Positions 32,734 through 45,329 of a stretch of 64,000 nucleotides of DNA are shown here, in pieces. The notes under the pieces are model-generated. The model was not told the origin of the DNA and did no database searches. It worked only from the letters and a program-made list of their open reading frames with translations. The stretch comes from an uncultured Pelagibacteraceae bacterium (GTDB lineage Bacteria > Pseudomonadota > Alphaproteobacteria > Pelagibacterales > Pelagibacteraceae). The DNA lies in contig CACNCD010000005.1 of the NCBI GenBank assembly GCA_902618855.1, positions 23,907 through 87,906 of the forward strand, in the 5' to 3' direction. A program made the position numbers and the translations under genes. The first letter of the stretch is position 1. Every line of letters begins with the position of its first letter.

Positions 32734-33102
32734 TTATAATACCTCCGGAGCAAGTGAAATAATCTTCATTTGACCTCTGCTTCTTAATTCTCTTGTTACA
32801 GGACCAAAAATTCTCGTCCCTACTGGCTCACCTTTTTCGTCAACTAATACAGCAGCGTTATTATCGAACTTAACCTTGGAACCATCTTCTCTGTGAATTC
32901 CTTTTTTCACCCTTACTACAACTGCTTTATGAACAGAGCCTTTTTTAACTTTACCTTTTGGTATAGCCTCTTTCACTGCTATTACTATTGTGTCACCTAT
33001 ACCAGCATATCTTCTTTTTGATCCTCCTAAAACCTTAATACATTCAATTCTTTTTGCTCCAGTATTGTCAGCAACTAATAATTCAGTTTGTACCTGTATC
33101 AT
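32734..33102 (-). CDS. rplN: 50S ribosomal protein L14
   Basis: [23 protein letters not shown]. Confidence 0.99.
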   Translation of the reverse strand: MIQVQTELLVADNTGAKRIECIKVLGGSKRRYAGIGDTIVIAVKEAIPKGKVKKGSVHKAVVVRVKKGIHREDGSKVKFDNNAAVLVDEKGEPVGTRIFGPVTRELRSRGQMKIISLAPEVL

Positions 33103-33335
33103 TTTGACTCTTCCATTACTTGAAATTTTTTATTTTTTGAAAATGGTTTGCTCTCAATAATAGAAACTTTATCGCCATTTTTAAATTTGTTATTTTCATC
33201 ATGGGCATTATATTTTTTTCTAACTCTTATTATTTTTTTTAGAATTGGATGTTGGTATTTTCTCTCTACAAGTACAGTTATCGTTTTATTCGGTTTATCA
33301 CTTACAACTATTCCTGATAATATTTTTTTAGGCAT
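33099..33335 (-). CDS. rpsQ: 30S ribosomal protein S17
   Basis: [31 protein letters not shown]. Confidence 0.97.
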   Translation of the reverse strand: MPKKILSGIVVSDKPNKTITVLVERKYQHPILKKIIRVRKKYNAHDENNKFKNGDKVSIIESKPFSKNKKFQVMEESK

Positions 33336-33519
33336 TTAATTTTCCTCTCAAAAGCGTTTTTAGTCTTGCGATTGTTTTTTTAGTTTCATTAATCTTAGCT
33401 GGATTTTCTATTTGAGAATTAACTTTTTGAAATCTAAGATTAAATAAATCCTTTTTCATTTTATCCAAGTTTTTAAGTGCTTGCGCTTTAGTTAGTTTGT
33501 TTAATTCTTTTTTTTTCAT
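33328..33519 (-). CDS. rpmC: 50S ribosomal protein L29
   Basis: LFNLRFQ...IARLKT; position between rplP and rpsQ. Confidence 0.95.
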   Translation of the reverse strand: MKKKELNKLTKAQALKNLDKMKKDLFNLRFQKVNSQIENPAKINETKKTIARLKTLLRGKLNA

Positions 33520-33929
33520 TACGATATTCTTTTAATAAATTTTGTTTTAATTGGAAGTTTTGCAGAAGCTTTGTATAGTGCTTCCCGGGCTATTTGTTCT
33601 GAAACACCGTCGATTTCAAAAAGAATTCTGCCAGGTTTCACTCTACAAGCCCAAAATTCTGGAGATCCTTTGCCTTTTCCCATTCTCACCTCTACTGGTT
33701 TTTTTGAAACAGGAATATTTGGAAATATTCTAGTCCAAACTCTTCCTTGTCTCTTCATATGTCTTGTAAGTGCAACTCTTGCTGCTTCTATTTGTTTACC
33801 AATAACTCTATCAGGCGACATAGCTTTTAGAGCAAATGCGCCATAATTTATATAATTGGCCCTTGATGCATGACCATGAATTCTGCCTTTGTGTGCTTTT
33901 CTAAATTTTGATCTTGTTGGTTGTAACAT
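33519..33929 (-). CDS. rplP: 50S ribosomal protein L16
   Basis: [26 protein letters not shown]. Confidence 0.98.
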   Translation of the reverse strand: MLQPTRSKFRKAHKGRIHGHASRANYINYGAFALKAMSPDRVIGKQIEAARVALTRHMKRQGRVWTRIFPNIPVSKKPVEVRMGKGKGSPEFWACRVKPGRILFEIDGVSEQIAREALYKASAKLPIKTKFIKRIS

Positions 33930-33931
33930 AA

Positions 33932-34591
33932 TTATTTTTTATTAGTTTCTTGACTAAACTCCTTGCTAAAAATTTCACCTTTATAAATCCAAACTTTTAT
34001 TCCTATTATTCCATAAGTTGTTAATGCTTCTGACTCTGCATAATCGATATCAGCTCTTAAGGTATGTGATGGTATACTTCCTTCTCTCAACCACTCTGTC
34101 CTTGCTATTTCATTGCCGCCTAAACGTCCACTTATAGAAACCTTTATACCTTTAGCTCCTAACCTTAATGCAGATTGCATAGATCTTTTCATTGCTCTTC
34201 TATAGGAAATTCTTTTTACTAATTGTTGGGCAATATTTTCTGCAACTAAAAAACTATTTGTTTCGGGTTTTTTTACCTCTTTTATATTTAAATTAACTTC
34301 ATTAGATGTAATTTTCGATAATTTTCCTTTAATCTTTTCGATATCACTACCTTTTTTTCCAATAACAAATCCAGGTCTTGAAGTATAAATTGTTACAAAA
34401 CATTTTTTTGAAGTTCTCTCAATCATGACTTTTGATACACCTGAATTAATTACGTTTTTTTTTATATAATCTCTTATTTTAAAATCCTCGATTAGATAAT
34501 TTCCAAAATCCTTCTTTTTTGCATACCAAACAGAGTCCCAACCTCTGTTTATTCCTAATCTTAAACCAACTGGATTAACTTTTTGACCCAT
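33932..34591 (-). CDS. rpsC: 30S ribosomal protein S3
   Basis: [26 protein letters not shown]. Confidence 0.99.
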   Translation of the reverse strand: MGQKVNPVGLRLGINRGWDSVWYAKKKDFGNYLIEDFKIRDYIKKNVINSGVSKVMIERTSKKCFVTIYTSRPGFVIGKKGSDIEKIKGKLSKITSNEVNLNIKEVKKPETNSFLVAENIAQQLVKRISYRRAMKRSMQSALRLGAKGIKVSISGRLGGNEIARTEWLREGSIPSHTLRADIDYAESEALTTYGIIGIKVWIYKGEIFSKEFSQETNKK

Positions 34592-34973
34592 GACTCTCCA
34601 TTTTTTTTGATTCTGATAAAATTATCGTAACATTTGAATAAGGTTTTAATATTGGAGCCGCACGACCTTTTGCTCTAGCTCTAAATCTTTTCATAATAAC
34701 TTGCTTTCCACAGTAAGCCTCTTTAACAATTAGCTTATCAATATCATATTGATAGTTATTTTCTGCATTAGCAACTGCTGAGGAAATTGTTTTTTTTATA
34801 TCTTTAGATATTCTTTTCTCAGAAAATGTTAAATCTCTTATCGCTATCTCAACTTTTTTTCCCACAATACCTTTTAATATAGGATTTAATTTCCTAACGC
34901 TGGATCTAACATTTTTATTTGTAGATTTTACAGTTTTTTCTTTAGAATCCTTGTTTTTTTTAATTTTTTTCAT
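34575..34973 (-). CDS. rplV: 50S ribosomal protein L22
   Basis: [20 protein letters not shown]. Confidence 0.97.
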   Translation of the reverse strand: MKKIKKNKDSKEKTVKSTNKNVRSSVRKLNPILKGIVGKKVEIAIRDLTFSEKRISKDIKKTISSAVANAENNYQYDIDKLIVKEAYCGKQVIMKRFRARAKGRAAPILKPYSNVTIILSESKKMESHGSKS

Positions 34974-35284
34974 TACTTTTTCTCAACCTTAGTTTCAGAG
35001 CCTGACTCTTTAGCGGCTTTTTTATCTGCAGGTGTGTGGCCTGCAAAAGTTCTTGTAGGAGCAAATTCTCCTAATTTGTGTCCTACCATATCTTCCGAAA
35101 TTGTAAGTGGTATAAATTTTTTTCCATTATAAATCAAAAAACTACAGCCTATGAAATCTGGTATTATTGTTGATTTTCTTGACCAGGTCTTAATTGGTTT
35201 TTTATTAGAGTCTTTTTTTTGTATATCAACTTTTTTTATCAAGCTTTCTTCAACAAATGGTCCCTTCCAAACTGATCTTGCCAT
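34973..35284 (-). CDS. rpsS: 30S ribosomal protein S19
   Basis: [24 protein letters not shown]. Confidence 0.98.
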   Translation of the reverse strand: MARSVWKGPFVEESLIKKVDIQKKDSNKKPIKTWSRKSTIIPDFIGCSFLIYNGKKFIPLTISEDMVGHKLGEFAPTRTFAGHTPADKKAAKESGSETKVEKK

Positions 35285-35294
35285 AAATTATTCC

Positions 35295-36128
35295 TTAATC
35301 TTTTTTCTTCTTTCTTCTTCTAATTATATATTTATCTGTTCTTTTATTGTCTCTAGTTTTCAAACCTTTTGCTGATTGTCCTGATCTAGATACAGGATGT
35401 CTACCACCAGCACTTTTACCTTCACCTCCTCCTAGAGGGTGATCAACTGGATTCATAACAACGCCTCGAGTATGAGGTCTTCTTCCAAGCCATCTTGATC
35501 TTCCAGCTTTACCTATTTTAATATTTTTTTGATCTGGATTGGATAAAACTCCAATTGTAGCTAATGATCTTGAATCAATTTTTCTTACTTCGCCTGAAGA
35601 CATTTTTATTAAAGAATAATTTCCGTCAATTCCAGAAATTATGACAGATGTACCTGCTGATCTTGCTATTTTTCCACCTGACCCAGGCTGTAGTTCAACG
35701 TTATGAATATTTATACCAACTGGAATATCTTGTAATGGCATACAATTTCCAATTTTTATCTCTTTTTTATTTCCATTAATAATTTTATCACCTACTTTAA
35801 TTTTTTGAGGAGCTAAATAATATTTAAATATTCCATCATCAAATTTTACTAACATTATGTAACAAGATCTATTTGGATCATATTCTATTCTTTCAACTGT
35901 TGCTTCGATATCAAACTTTTTTCTATAAAAATCAACTTCTCTGTACATTTTTTTATGACCACCCGCTCTATTTCTTGATGTTATACGTCCATAATTATTT
36001 CTACCTTTTCTAGGATTTTTTGGAGAAACTAATGACTTGAAGGGCTTTCCTTTCCATAGACCTGTTCTATCGATGAGAATTGTTCCTCTAGTTGATTTTG
36101 TATATGGTTTAAATGTTTTTAATGCCAT
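35295..36128 (-). CDS. rplB: 50S ribosomal protein L2
   Basis: IEYDPNRS, RGVVMNPVDHPLGGGEG. Confidence 0.99.
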   Translation of the reverse strand: MALKTFKPYTKSTRGTILIDRTGLWKGKPFKSLVSPKNPRKGRNNYGRITSRNRAGGHKKMYREVDFYRKKFDIEATVERIEYDPNRSCYIMLVKFDDGIFKYYLAPQKIKVGDKIINGNKKEIKIGNCMPLQDIPVGINIHNVELQPGSGGKIARSAGTSVIISGIDGNYSLIKMSSGEVRKIDSRSLATIGVLSNPDQKNIKIGKAGRSRWLGRRPHTRGVVMNPVDHPLGGGEGKSAGGRHPVSRSGQSAKGLKTRDNKRTDKYIIRRRKKKKD

Positions 36129-36130
36129 TA

Positions 36131-36424
36131 TTAAATACCTGATGTTAGATCAATACTTTGACCTTTTTTTAGAGTTATAATTGCTTTTTTGTAACCTTGT
36201 ATTTTTACTTTTCTACCTCTTGTCAATTTTGTTCTATTTTGTTTATTAATTATATTTACTCTAACGACGTTAACTTTGAATATTTTTTCAATATTTCTTT
36301 TCAATGATTTTTTGTTAGCTTTGTTTGGAACTTTAAAAACAATTTTATTTTGTTCTGATAAAGAAGTAGATTTTTCTGTAACAAAAGGTGAATAAATTTT
36401 ATCGTATAAATGAATTTTTTGCAT
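36131..36424 (-). CDS. rplW: 50S ribosomal protein L23
   Basis: P.VTEKS, FKV.V..VN, KKAIITL. Confidence 0.96.
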   Translation of the reverse strand: MQKIHLYDKIYSPFVTEKSTSLSEQNKIVFKVPNKANKKSLKRNIEKIFKVNVVRVNIINKQNRTKLTRGRKVKIQGYKKAIITLKKGQSIDLTSGI

Positions 36425-36425
36425 T

Positions 36426-37049
36426 TTATGAATATCTCTTTTCTAGCTCTTTGACTGAACTTTCAGTAAAAACAACTTTTTTAAATTTAACAATATCAAA
36501 AGCACTAAAATGATTTACATCAGTCACTTTAACTGATGGTATATTTCTTGTTGCCTTAAATATTTTATCTTTTGATTTTTTATCTAAAATAATAAGTGAA
36601 TTATTAATTTCAAATTTATTTATTATTTTGCTCATTTCTTTAGTTTTTTTTATCTCACTAGCAAAGTCGCTGAATATAACTAAATTGTTTAATTTATTTT
36701 TTTCAGTAATTAAGGATGCAATACTTAATCTTTTTTCATTTTTTGTTAATTTTCTCTTCTTGTATGATAGTTGGCCTTTTGGACCATGAGCAACACCACC
36801 TCCAACAAATATAGGTGCTTTTCTACTTGCATGTCTAGCGTTACCTGTTCCTTTTTGAGCATATATTTTTGATGTTGACCCTTTTATTTCGTTTTGTTGT
36901 TTAGTTTTTGCTCGTCTACCCTTATAATTTGCATTTGTTTTATACAAAACATTATTAACTAAAGTCCGATTAATATTTCCCGAAAAAATTTTATCTAAAA
37001 CTTCAATTGAAGTTTTTTTACCATCTAAATTTAATTTTTCTATTTTCAT
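36426..37049 (-). CDS. rplD: 50S ribosomal protein L4
   Basis: QKGTGNARH, GGGVAHGPK; start moved to ATG 37049. Confidence 0.97.
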   Translation of the reverse strand: MKIEKLNLDGKKTSIEVLDKIFSGNINRTLVNNVLYKTNANYKGRRAKTKQQNEIKGSTSKIYAQKGTGNARHASRKAPIFVGGGVAHGPKGQLSYKKRKLTKNEKRLSIASLITEKNKLNNLVIFSDFASEIKKTKEMSKIINKFEINNSLIILDKKSKDKIFKATRNIPSVKVTDVNHFSAFDIVKFKKVVFTESSVKELEKRYS

Positions 37050-37050
37050 T

Positions 37051-37761
37051 TTATTTTTTCTTTTTATCTGGAATTTTTTTTGCTTTCTCTGCAGCTTCAA
37101 TTTTCTCTAATATTGTTAGTTTTTTGATATTTTTTGCAGATTTTTTAACCAAAACTTCTGTATTTTTTGAACCTGGTATTGATCCTTTTAAATACAATAA
37201 GTTATTTTCTAAATCAGATTTTACTATTTCTATATTTTGGATGGTTCTTAATTTATCCCCCATGTGTCCAGCCATTTTTTTATTTTTAAAAACTTTTCCA
37301 GGATCTTGTCTTTGACCCGTTGATCCGTGTGATCTATGTGAAACTGAAACACCGTGAGTTGCTCTTAGACCTGAAAAATTATGTCTTTTCATAGCTCCTC
37401 CAAAACCCTTTCCGATAGTTTTTGATCTAATATCTACAAACTTTACTTCCTTAAAAATCTCTAAGCCAAATTCATTGCCTTCTTTAAATTTTTCAGTATT
37501 TGTTACTCTAAACTCTTTTAATATCTTTTTTGGCTCTGTATTTTTTTTAGTATAAAAACCTTTCATAGCTTTTGTAAGTTTTGAATTTTTTATTTTTCCA
37601 TAACCAAGTTGGACTGCATTGTACCCATGTTTTTCTTTATTTATTACTTGTATTACTCTTGCTTTTTCCATTTTAACTACAGTTACAGGTATTGATTGAC
37701 CTGATTTATAGAATTCTCTTGTCATACCTATTTTTTTTCCAATGAGAGCTAATTCTGACAT
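37051..37761 (-). CDS. rplC: 50S ribosomal protein L3
   Basis: [35 protein letters not shown]. Confidence 0.98.
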   Translation of the reverse strand: MSELALIGKKIGMTREFYKSGQSIPVTVVKMEKARVIQVINKEKHGYNAVQLGYGKIKNSKLTKAMKGFYTKKNTEPKKILKEFRVTNTEKFKEGNEFGLEIFKEVKFVDIRSKTIGKGFGGAMKRHNFSGLRATHGVSVSHRSHGSTGQRQDPGKVFKNKKMAGHMGDKLRTIQNIEIVKSDLENNLLYLKGSIPGSKNTEVLVKKSAKNIKKLTILEKIEAAEKAKKIPDKKKK

Positions 37762-37763
37762 AA

Positions 37764-38072
37764 TTATATTTTTATCTCCACGTCTACACCTGAAGCTAAA
37801 TCTAGTTTCATAAGAGCCTCTACTGTTTGCGGTGTTGGTTCAATTATATCTATTAATCTTTTATGTGTTCTTGTTTCAAATTGCTCTCTACTCTTTTTAT
37901 CTATATGTGGGGATCTTAAAACAGTAAATCTCTCAATTCTTGTTGGTAAAGGAATAGGTCCTTTTATATTTGCTCCTGTTCTTTTAACAGTATTTACTAT
38001 TTCTTCAGTAGACTGATCTAAAATTTTATTATCGTATGCTCTTAATTTAATTCTTATATTTTGCTTTTCCAT
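37764..38072 (-). CDS. rpsJ: 30S ribosomal protein S10
   Basis: [28 protein letters not shown]. Confidence 0.99.
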   Translation of the reverse strand: MEKQNIRIKLRAYDNKILDQSTEEIVNTVKRTGANIKGPIPLPTRIERFTVLRSPHIDKKSREQFETRTHKRLIDIIEPTPQTVEALMKLDLASGVDVEIKI

Positions 38073-38074
38073 AA

Positions 38075-40150
38075 TTATCCTGTTTTTTTTGTAACCTCAT
38101 CTTGAACATTTTGAGGAACTTTTGAGTAATGATCGAAAAACATTGAGTATTGAGCTCTACCTTGTGACATCGATCTTAAATTATTTATATACCCAAACAT
38201 ATTTGCCAAAGGGACCATGGCTGTTATAACTGTAGCATTACCCCTTTGCTCTTGAGTGTTTATCTGTCCTCTTCTACTGTTTAAGTCACCAATAACATCT
38301 CCCATATAATCTTCAGGAGTTACAACTTCAACTCTCATCACTGGTTCTAAAAGTTTTAAAGTTCCCTTTGAACACGCTTCTTTAAAACATTGTCTAGAAG
38401 CTAATTCAAAAGCTAAAACGCTTGAGTCAACATCGTGATGTAAACCATCAAGAATTGTTACTTTATAATCAATAATTGGAAAACCTGCTAATATTCCAGT
38501 ATCTGAAACTGTTTCTATACCTTTTTCCACGCCAGGTATAAATTCTTTAGGTATAGCTCCACCTTTAATTTTGCTTTCTACTTGTCTTCCTGCTCCAGGT
38601 TCTAATGGTTCAACAGATAATTTAACTCTAGCAAATTGACCAGCTCCACCACTTTGCTTTTTATGAGTATAATCAAATTCAGCTAAACTTTGAATTGTCT
38701 CTCTATATGCAACCTGTGGAGCTCCAACATTTGCCTCTACTTTAAATTCTCTTTTCATTCTATCCACAATAATGTCTAGATGTAACTCTCCCATTCCTTT
38801 TATTATAGTTTGTCCTGACTCTTCATCAGAAGTTACTCTGAATGATGGATCTTCTTTTGCTAATCTTCCTAAAGCTTCACCCATTTTCTCTTGGTCTGCC
38901 TTTGTCTTTGGTTCAACTGCAATCTCTATAACCGGATCAGGAAACTCCATTGGTTCAAGAAGTACAGGATTATCCTCATCTGCTAGAGTATGTCCTGTTA
39001 TGGTATGCTTGAGTCCAGCAAGTGCTACTATATCACCTGTATTTGCTTCTTTTATATCTTCTCTAGAGTTTGCATGCATTAAAAGCATTCTACCAACTCT
39101 TTCCTCTTTATCTTTTGAGGTATTATAGATTCCAGTTCCTGCTTTAATAGTCCCAGAATAAATTCTGATAAAGGTTAATGATCCTACAAATGGGTCGTTA
39201 GCGACTTTAAAAGCTAATGCAGAAAAAGGGGCATTATCCTCAAACTTCATTTCTAATTCTTCTTCAGAACCAGGTTTAGTTCCTTTAATGGATCCTATAT
39301 CCTCAGGACTTGGAAGATAATCAACAACTGCATCTAAAAGTGGCTGAACACCTTTATTTTTAAAAGCAGAACCAGTTAAAACTGGAACAAAATCAAAATT
39401 TAAACAACCTTTTCTTACACATTTAATTAGATCTTCTTCCTTAATTTCTTCTCCATTAAGATAACTTTCCATTAATTTTTCATCTTGTTCAACAGCTGTT
39501 TCTACTAGTTCTTGTCTATATTTGTTTGAAATTTCTTTTAAATCATCAGGTATATCTTTTGTTTCAAATTCAGCACCTAAAGTTTCATCTTTCCAAATAA
39601 CTGCTTTCATTTTAATTAAATCTACTATTCCTTGGAGGGAGGATTCTATACCGACAGGAATTTGCATTACTAATGGTTTAGCTCCAAGTCTATCTTTAAT
39701 CATTTCAACACACCTAAAAAAGTCTGCTCCTGTTCTATCTAATTTATTAACAAAACAAATTCTTGGAACTTTATATTTGTCTGCTTGCCTCCAGACAGTT
39801 TCTGATTGTGGTTCTACTCCAGCTACACCATCAAATACAGCAACTGCACCATCAAGAACTTTTAGTGATCTCTCAACTTCAATTGTAAAATCGACATGTC
39901 CTGGTGTATCTATAATATTGATTCTATGATCTCTCCAAAAACAAGTTGTTGCAGCGGAAGTAATTGTGATACCTCTTTCTTGTTCTTGTTCCATCCAATC
40001 CATTGTTGCAGCACCGTCGTGAACTTCTCCAATCTTATGACTTTTGCCTGTGTAGTATAAAACTCTTTCTGTTGTTGTAGTTTTTCCTGCATCGATGTGT
40101 GCCATGATCCCAATGTTTCTATATTTATTTAGTTTATGAGTTCTAGGCAT
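38075..40150 (-). CDS. fusA: Elongation factor G
   Basis: [31 protein letters not shown]; start ATG at 40150 (691 aa). Confidence 0.99.
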   Translation of the reverse strand: MPRTHKLNKYRNIGIMAHIDAGKTTTTERVLYYTGKSHKIGEVHDGAATMDWMEQEQERGITITSAATTCFWRDHRINIIDTPGHVDFTIEVERSLKVLDGAVAVFDGVAGVEPQSETVWRQADKYKVPRICFVNKLDRTGADFFRCVEMIKDRLGAKPLVMQIPVGIESSLQGIVDLIKMKAVIWKDETLGAEFETKDIPDDLKEISNKYRQELVETAVEQDEKLMESYLNGEEIKEEDLIKCVRKGCLNFDFVPVLTGSAFKNKGVQPLLDAVVDYLPSPEDIGSIKGTKPGSEEELEMKFEDNAPFSALAFKVANDPFVGSLTFIRIYSGTIKAGTGIYNTSKDKEERVGRMLLMHANSREDIKEANTGDIVALAGLKHTITGHTLADEDNPVLLEPMEFPDPVIEIAVEPKTKADQEKMGEALGRLAKEDPSFRVTSDEESGQTIIKGMGELHLDIIVDRMKREFKVEANVGAPQVAYRETIQSLAEFDYTHKKQSGGAGQFARVKLSVEPLEPGAGRQVESKIKGGAIPKEFIPGVEKGIETVSDTGILAGFPIIDYKVTILDGLHHDVDSSVLAFELASRQCFKEACSKGTLKLLEPVMRVEVVTPEDYMGDVIGDLNSRRGQINTQEQRGNATVITAMVPLANMFGYINNLRSMSQGRAQYSMFFDHYSKVPQNVQDEVTKKTG

Positions 40151-40157
40151 AATTTTT

Positions 40158-40628
40158 TTACCATCTAAAATGAGCAAAGGCTTTATTTGACTCTGCCATT
40201 TTATGGGTATCCTCTTTTTTTTTGATTGCTGATCCTTTATTTTGATATGCATCATAAATTTCATTAAATATTTTATCTGACATCTTCTTATCTTTTCGTT
40301 TTCTTGACGCATCTATCAACCATCTTAAAGCGAGCGCTTGTGACCTTTTTGATTTTACTTCTACCGGTACTTGGTAAGTTGCTCCACCAACTCTTCTAGA
40401 TCTTACTTCTACTGTTGGTTTAATATTATTGATAGCTTCGTTAAAAACGTTAATTGGCTCTTCTTTAACTTTTAATTTAATTTTATCAATTGCATCATAA
40501 ACTATTTTTTCTGCTATAGTTTTTTTTCCATCATACATAATAGAATTTACTAGTTTTGGAATTATTGCTGATTTATAAACTGGGTCTATTACCTGAATTT
40601 TTTTTGGAGCTCTTTTTTTTCTAGACAT
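40158..40628 (-). CDS. rpsG: 30S ribosomal protein S7
   Basis: [24 protein letters not shown]. Confidence 0.99.
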   Translation of the reverse strand: MSRKKRAPKKIQVIDPVYKSAIIPKLVNSIMYDGKKTIAEKIVYDAIDKIKLKVKEEPINVFNEAINNIKPTVEVRSRRVGGATYQVPVEVKSKRSQALALRWLIDASRKRKDKKMSDKIFNEIYDAYQNKGSAIKKKEDTHKMAESNKAFAHFRW

Positions 40629-40631
40629 AAT

Positions 40632-41003
40632 TTATTTACCTTTTTTTGCTCCATATTTTGAACGTTGCTGTTTTCTTGCTGTTACTCCTTGTGTATCTAA
40701 ATTACCTCTCAGAATATGATATCTTACACCTGGTAAATCTTTTACTCTACCTCCTCTAATTAATACAACAGAGTGTTCTTGTAAATTATGTCCTTCACCT
40801 GGAATGTATGAAGTTACCTCGTGTCCATTAGACAATCTTACTCTTGCTACCTTTCTTAATGCTGAATTTGGTTTTTTTGGTGTTGTTGTATAAACTTTTA
40901 CACACACACCTCTTTTTTGAGGTGATTTTTCTAAAGCAGGAACTTTGTCCCTGGATTTTACTTTAGTTCTTTTTTTTCTTAACAATTGGTTAATTGTTGG
41001 CAT
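40632..41003 (-). CDS. rpsL: 30S ribosomal protein S12
   Basis: [27 protein letters not shown]. Confidence 0.99.
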   Translation of the reverse strand: MPTINQLLRKKRTKVKSRDKVPALEKSPQKRGVCVKVYTTTPKKPNSALRKVARVRLSNGHEVTSYIPGEGHNLQEHSVVLIRGGRVKDLPGVRYHILRGNLDTQGVTARKQQRSKYGAKKGK

Positions 41004-41022
41004 AATTTTTATAATAATTTTA

Positions 41023-41093
41023 TTTTTGATGAAATAACTGACAGGTTATTTATGGCAGCGTTTAGTACTAATGCACTACATTCCAACCAAAAA
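41023..41093 (-). promoter_or_regulatory. Structured rpsL 5' leader (three-way junction), probable ribosomal-protein autoregulatory RNA
   Basis: mRNA sense: UUUUUGGUUGGAA pairs with UUUCAUCAAAAA and encloses the GUAGUG..UUAG-UA-CUAA..CGCUGC and AAAUAAC-CUGUCA-GUUAUUU hairpins; an rpsL-associated structured motif is, from memory, described for Pelagibacter. Confidence 0.6.
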
Positions 41094-41099
41094 CATCGC

Positions 41100-41141
41100 C
41101 AAAATACTATAGAATTTCACTTTGTCAATTTAAAATGACAA
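41100..41141 (-). promoter_or_regulatory. rpsL promoter with a -35 TTGACA embedded in a near-perfect 20-bp palindrome
   Basis: Minus strand TTGTCATTTTAAATTGACAA followed by AGTGAAATTCTATAGTATTTT. Confidence 0.45.
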
Positions 41142-41157
41142 CTAAAATGCCTTATTT

Positions 41158-44100
41158 TTATTGATTTACTTGAGTTTCCGCGGGCTCAATTTTTTCCTGC
41201 TCTGATAAAAATTTTTGATCATCATCAAGAGCCTTTTTGTTCCAATCATTTTTAATTGATCCAGTCCCGGCAGGAACTAATCTTCCAACAATTACGTTTT
41301 CTTTTAATCCTTGGAGTTTGTCAATTTTTCCTTTAATTGCAGCATCGGTTAAAACTCTTGTTGTTTCTTGGAATGAAGCTGCTGATATAAAGGATTCAGT
41401 TTGCAACGAAGCTTTTGTTATACCCATTAAAACCCTTTCTCCTACTGCTGGTTTTTTATTCTCTGCTTTTAATTTTTCGTTCATAGTATCAAATCTATTT
41501 CTATCAATTATTTCTCCAGGTAATAAATTAGAATCTCCAGATACTTTTACTTCAACTTTTTTAAGCATCTGCCTTAAAATAGTTTCTATATGCTTGTCAT
41601 TTATTACAACACCTTGTAATCTGTAGACCTCTTGAACCTGGTTTACAAAATACTCTGTTAATTCTTCAATACCTAAAATTCTTAAAATATCATGGGGCAA
41701 AGGTTGACCATCTAATAAATACTCACCCTTTTTAATTTTTTCCCCTTGATTGAAATTAATATGTTTGCCCTTTGGAATTAAATAATTTGAAGTTTCGCCG
41801 CCTTCAGCTACTATCGATACTCTTTGCTTTCCTCTAACTTCTTTCCCAAACAAAACTTTACCATCGTTTTCTGCTATTATTGCACTATCTTTAGCCTTTC
41901 TTGCTTCAAATAATTCAGCAACTCTTGGTAGGCCTCCAGTTATATCTTTTGTTTTTGAAGTTTCTTTAGGCAACCTCGCAATAACATCTCCAGCAAATAT
42001 TTTTTGTCCATCTTTAACTGATAATATTGAGTCAGGCACCAAATAGTATCTTGCTTCATTATCGTCAGCTTTTTTAATAACATTCCCTTTTTCATCTCTT
42101 AAAGTTATTCTAGGTTTTAAATCAGTGTTTTTGGACTGTGACCTCCAATCAATAACAGATTTGGATGAAATACCTGTTGTATCATCTGTTATCTCTTGTA
42201 AAGACACTCCGTCAATTAAGTCAACATATCCAGCTATACCACTCTTTTCAGCAATCACTGGTGTTGTGTAAGGATCCCATTCGCAAATTTTAGAATTCTT
42301 TTTTATCTTTTCACCATTTTGAAAGAAAAGTTTAGATCCATAAGGTATTTTATAAATTGCCACTTGCATTCCTTTATCATCCTCAATTGATATTTGAGTG
42401 TTTCTACCCATAACAATCAAATTTTTCTTAGAATCTTCAATAAGATTTGTATTTATAATTTTTAGTATTCCATCAGTTTTTGTTACTATTTGAGACTCTT
42501 GTTTAATTGAAGCTGTTCCTCCGACGTGAAAAGTTCTCATTGTAAGTTGAGTTCCAGGCTCTCCAATAGACTGTGCTGATATCATTCCAATTGCTTCACC
42601 AACATGAACCATTTTTCCTCTAGAAAGATCTCTTCCATAACTCATTGCACAAACTCCTTCTTTAGATCCACATGTTATAACTGAATAAACATTTATAGAT
42701 TTTACTCCAGCAGCATCGATTTTTTCACATCCAGACTCATCAATCATTTCACCTTTCTTAATAATTTTTTCACCTGTAACAGGATTTTTTACGTCATTAG
42801 CAGCAACTCTTCCTAATGCTCTCTCCGATAATCCGACAATTACATTTCCACCTTCAATAATTTCTGACAAATTAATGCTTCCTGCTTTTCCACAATCACA
42901 CTCTTTCTTTGTAATAGTCAAATCTTGAGCTACGTCGCACAATCTTCTAGTTAAATATCCAGAATTTGCAGTTTTTAATGCAGTATCAGCTAAACCCTTT
43001 CGAGCACCGTGAGTAGAATTAAAATATTCTAAAGCAGTTAAACCTTCTTTAAAATTCGATGTAATTGGTGTTTCTATGATCTCCCCAGATGGTTTTGCTA
43101 TCAAACCTCTCATGCCAGCTAGTTGTTTCATTTGTGCTGCCGATCCTCTTGCTCCGCTATCAGCCATCATAAATACAGAATTAATTTTTAGCCCTTCATC
43201 TGTAGTTTCTGTGGCCGAAATTCCCTTCATCATTTCTCCAGCTACTTTATCTGTACATTTAGACCATGCATCAACAACTTTATTATATTTTTCACCTCTT
43301 GTAATTAGCCCTTCTGAATACTGATTTTCATAATCAGCAATAAGTTTTTTTGTTTCATTGATTAGCTGATCTTTATTTGATGGTATGACTAAATCATCTT
43401 TTCCAAAAGATATTCCAGCTCTAAAAGCGTGCTTAAATCCTAAATCTTTTAACTTGTCACAAAAAATTACAGTTTGCTTTTGTCCACAAAATCTAAAAAC
43501 AATGTCTATTACCTCTGATACTATTTTTTTTGGTAGCAATCTATCTATTAAAGAAAATTTAATCTTATAATTTTTTGGTAAAACATTTGCTAATAAAAAT
43601 CTTCCTACAGTACTAGTATATTTTTCAAATTTTTTATTTCCATTTTCATCAACAGTTTCAAATCTAGATATAATTCTTGAATGAACTTTTAATTGACCGC
43701 TTTCAAGAGCATGTTCTATTTCTGCATTATCAACAAAATAACCTTCTATTTTATCTTTTGTAACAGGTTCCTGAGATAAATAATAAATTCCTAAAATCAT
43801 ATCTTGACTCGGAACTATTATAGGTTTTCCGTTAGAAGGACTTAAAATGTTGTTAGTTGACATCATTAATACTCTCGCTTCTAATTGAGCTTCTAAACTT
43901 AAAGGAATATGAACGGCCATTTGGTCTCCATCAAAATCAGCATTAAATGCAGCGCAAGTTAGTGGATGTAATTCAATTGCATTTCCTTCAATAAGTTTTG
44001 GTTCAAATGCTTGAACTCCTAATCTATGAAGTGTTGGGGCTCTATTTAGAATTACAGGGTGCTCTCTTACGATTAGTTCTAGCGCATCCCATACGGCATT

Positions 44101-45327
44101 AGTTTCTTTCTCAACTAATTTTTTTGCTTGTTTGATAGTTGATGCAAGGCCCAATTTATTCAGTCTAGCGTAAAGAAAGGGTTTAAATAATTCTAAAGCC
44201 ATTTTTTTTGGTAAACCACATTCGTGAAGTTTAAGATCTGGTCCAACAACAATTACTGATCTTCCTGAATAATCAACTCTCTTTCCTAACAAATTTTGTC
44301 TAAATCTACCTTGTTTACCTTTCAGCATTTCTGCTAAAGATTTTAGCGGTCTTTTTCCTGTTCCCGTTATGACTCTGCCTCTTCTTCCATTATCGAATAA
44401 AGCGTCAACTGACTCTTGTAACATTCTTTTTTCATTTCTTATTATTATGTCTGGTGCCTTAAGATCCATTAGTCTTTTTAAACGATTGTTTCTATTTATA
44501 ACTCTTCTATAAAGATCATTTAGGTCTGATGTAGCAAATCTTCCTCCATCAAGCGGAACTAAAGGTCTGAGTTCTGGAGGAATTACCGGGATAACAGTTA
44601 ATATCATCCACTCTGGCTTTTGGCCAGTTTCCATGAATGACTCAATTAACTTTAATCTTTTTATCGATCTTTCTTCAGCGACTTTTGACTTAGTTTCATT
44701 AATTGCTTTGACCAGTGTAGCTTTTTCTACTTCTAGATCTAAAGATTTTAATATTTCAAGAATAGCCTCTGCTCCAATACCAGCTGTGAAGGCCTCTTCT
44801 CCATATTCATCTTGATATTTTGCTAGTTCTTCCTCATTGAGCAATTGGTTCTTTTTCAGACCGGTTAAACCAGGTTCTATAACAATAAAATTCTCAAAGT
44901 ATAAAACTCTTTCCACCTCTTTTAATTTCATATCAATTGCTAAAGAAATTCTGCTTGGTAAAGATTTTAAAAACCAAATGTGAGCAACTGGGGTGGCTAA
45001 ATTTATATGTCCCATTCGTTCTCTTCTGACATTTGATTTTGTAATTTCTACACCACATTTTTCACAAATTATGCCCCTGAATTTCATTCTTTTATATTTT
45101 CCACATAAGCACTCATAGTCTTTTATCGGTCCAAATATTCTCGCACAGAACAATCCATCCTTTTCAGGTCTGAAAGTTCTATAATTTATCGTTTCAGGTT
45201 TTTTTATCTCTCCATAGGTCCACGACTTAATTTTTTCAGGACTTGCGAGTGTTATCTTTATGCTATTAAAATTTTGAGCATCCGATATCTCGGTATTTTT
45301 AAATAAATCTGTAAGTTCTTTTTTCAT
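41158..45327 (-). CDS. rpoC: RNA polymerase beta' subunit
   Basis: [21 protein letters not shown] catalytic motif, [10 protein letters not shown]. Confidence 0.99.
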   Translation of the reverse strand: MKKELTDLFKNTEISDAQNFNSIKITLASPEKIKSWTYGEIKKPETINYRTFRPEKDGLFCARIFGPIKDYECLCGKYKRMKFRGIICEKCGVEITKSNVRRERMGHINLATPVAHIWFLKSLPSRISLAIDMKLKEVERVLYFENFIVIEPGLTGLKKNQLLNEEELAKYQDEYGEEAFTAGIGAEAILEILKSLDLEVEKATLVKAINETKSKVAEERSIKRLKLIESFMETGQKPEWMILTVIPVIPPELRPLVPLDGGRFATSDLNDLYRRVINRNNRLKRLMDLKAPDIIIRNEKRMLQESVDALFDNGRRGRVITGTGKRPLKSLAEMLKGKQGRFRQNLLGKRVDYSGRSVIVVGPDLKLHECGLPKKMALELFKPFLYARLNKLGLASTIKQAKKLVEKETNAVWDALELIVREHPVILNRAPTLHRLGVQAFEPKLIEGNAIELHPLTCAAFNADFDGDQMAVHIPLSLEAQLEARVLMMSTNNILSPSNGKPIIVPSQDMILGIYYLSQEPVTKDKIEGYFVDNAEIEHALESGQLKVHSRIISRFETVDENGNKKFEKYTSTVGRFLLANVLPKNYKIKFSLIDRLLPKKIVSEVIDIVFRFCGQKQTVIFCDKLKDLGFKHAFRAGISFGKDDLVIPSNKDQLINETKKLIADYENQYSEGLITRGEKYNKVVDAWSKCTDKVAGEMMKGISATETTDEGLKINSVFMMADSGARGSAAQMKQLAGMRGLIAKPSGEIIETPITSNFKEGLTALEYFNSTHGARKGLADTALKTANSGYLTRRLCDVAQDLTITKKECDCGKAGSINLSEIIEGGNVIVGLSERALGRVAANDVKNPVTGEKIIKKGEMIDESGCEKIDAAGVKSINVYSVITCGSKEGVCAMSYGRDLSRGKMVHVGEAIGMISAQSIGEPGTQLTMRTFHVGGTASIKQESQIVTKTDGILKIINTNLIEDSKKNLIVMGRNTQISIEDDKGMQVAIYKIPYGSKLFFQNGEKIKKNSKICEWDPYTTPVIAEKSGIAGYVDLIDGVSLQEITDDTTGISSKSVIDWRSQSKNTDLKPRITLRDEKGNVIKKADDNEARYYLVPDSILSVKDGQKIFAGDVIARLPKETSKTKDITGGLPRVAELFEARKAKDSAIIAENDGKVLFGKEVRGKQRVSIVAEGGETSNYLIPKGKHINFNQGEKIKKGEYLLDGQPLPHDILRILGIEELTEYFVNQVQEVYRLQGVVINDKHIETILRQMLKKVEVKVSGDSNLLPGEIIDRNRFDTMNEKLKAENKKPAVGERVLMGITKASLQTESFISAASFQETTRVLTDAAIKGKIDKLQGLKENVIVGRLVPAGTGSIKNDWNKKALDDDQKFLSEQEKIEPAETQVNQ

Positions 45328-45329
45328 AT

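Noticed and set aside
40151-40312. 54-aa N-terminal extension of EF-G in the ORF track (similar extensions on rplD, rpsE, rplX, pyrC, ruvX, ridA, panC)
   Set aside because: It overlaps the upstream gene in another frame; homology begins at the downstream Met.
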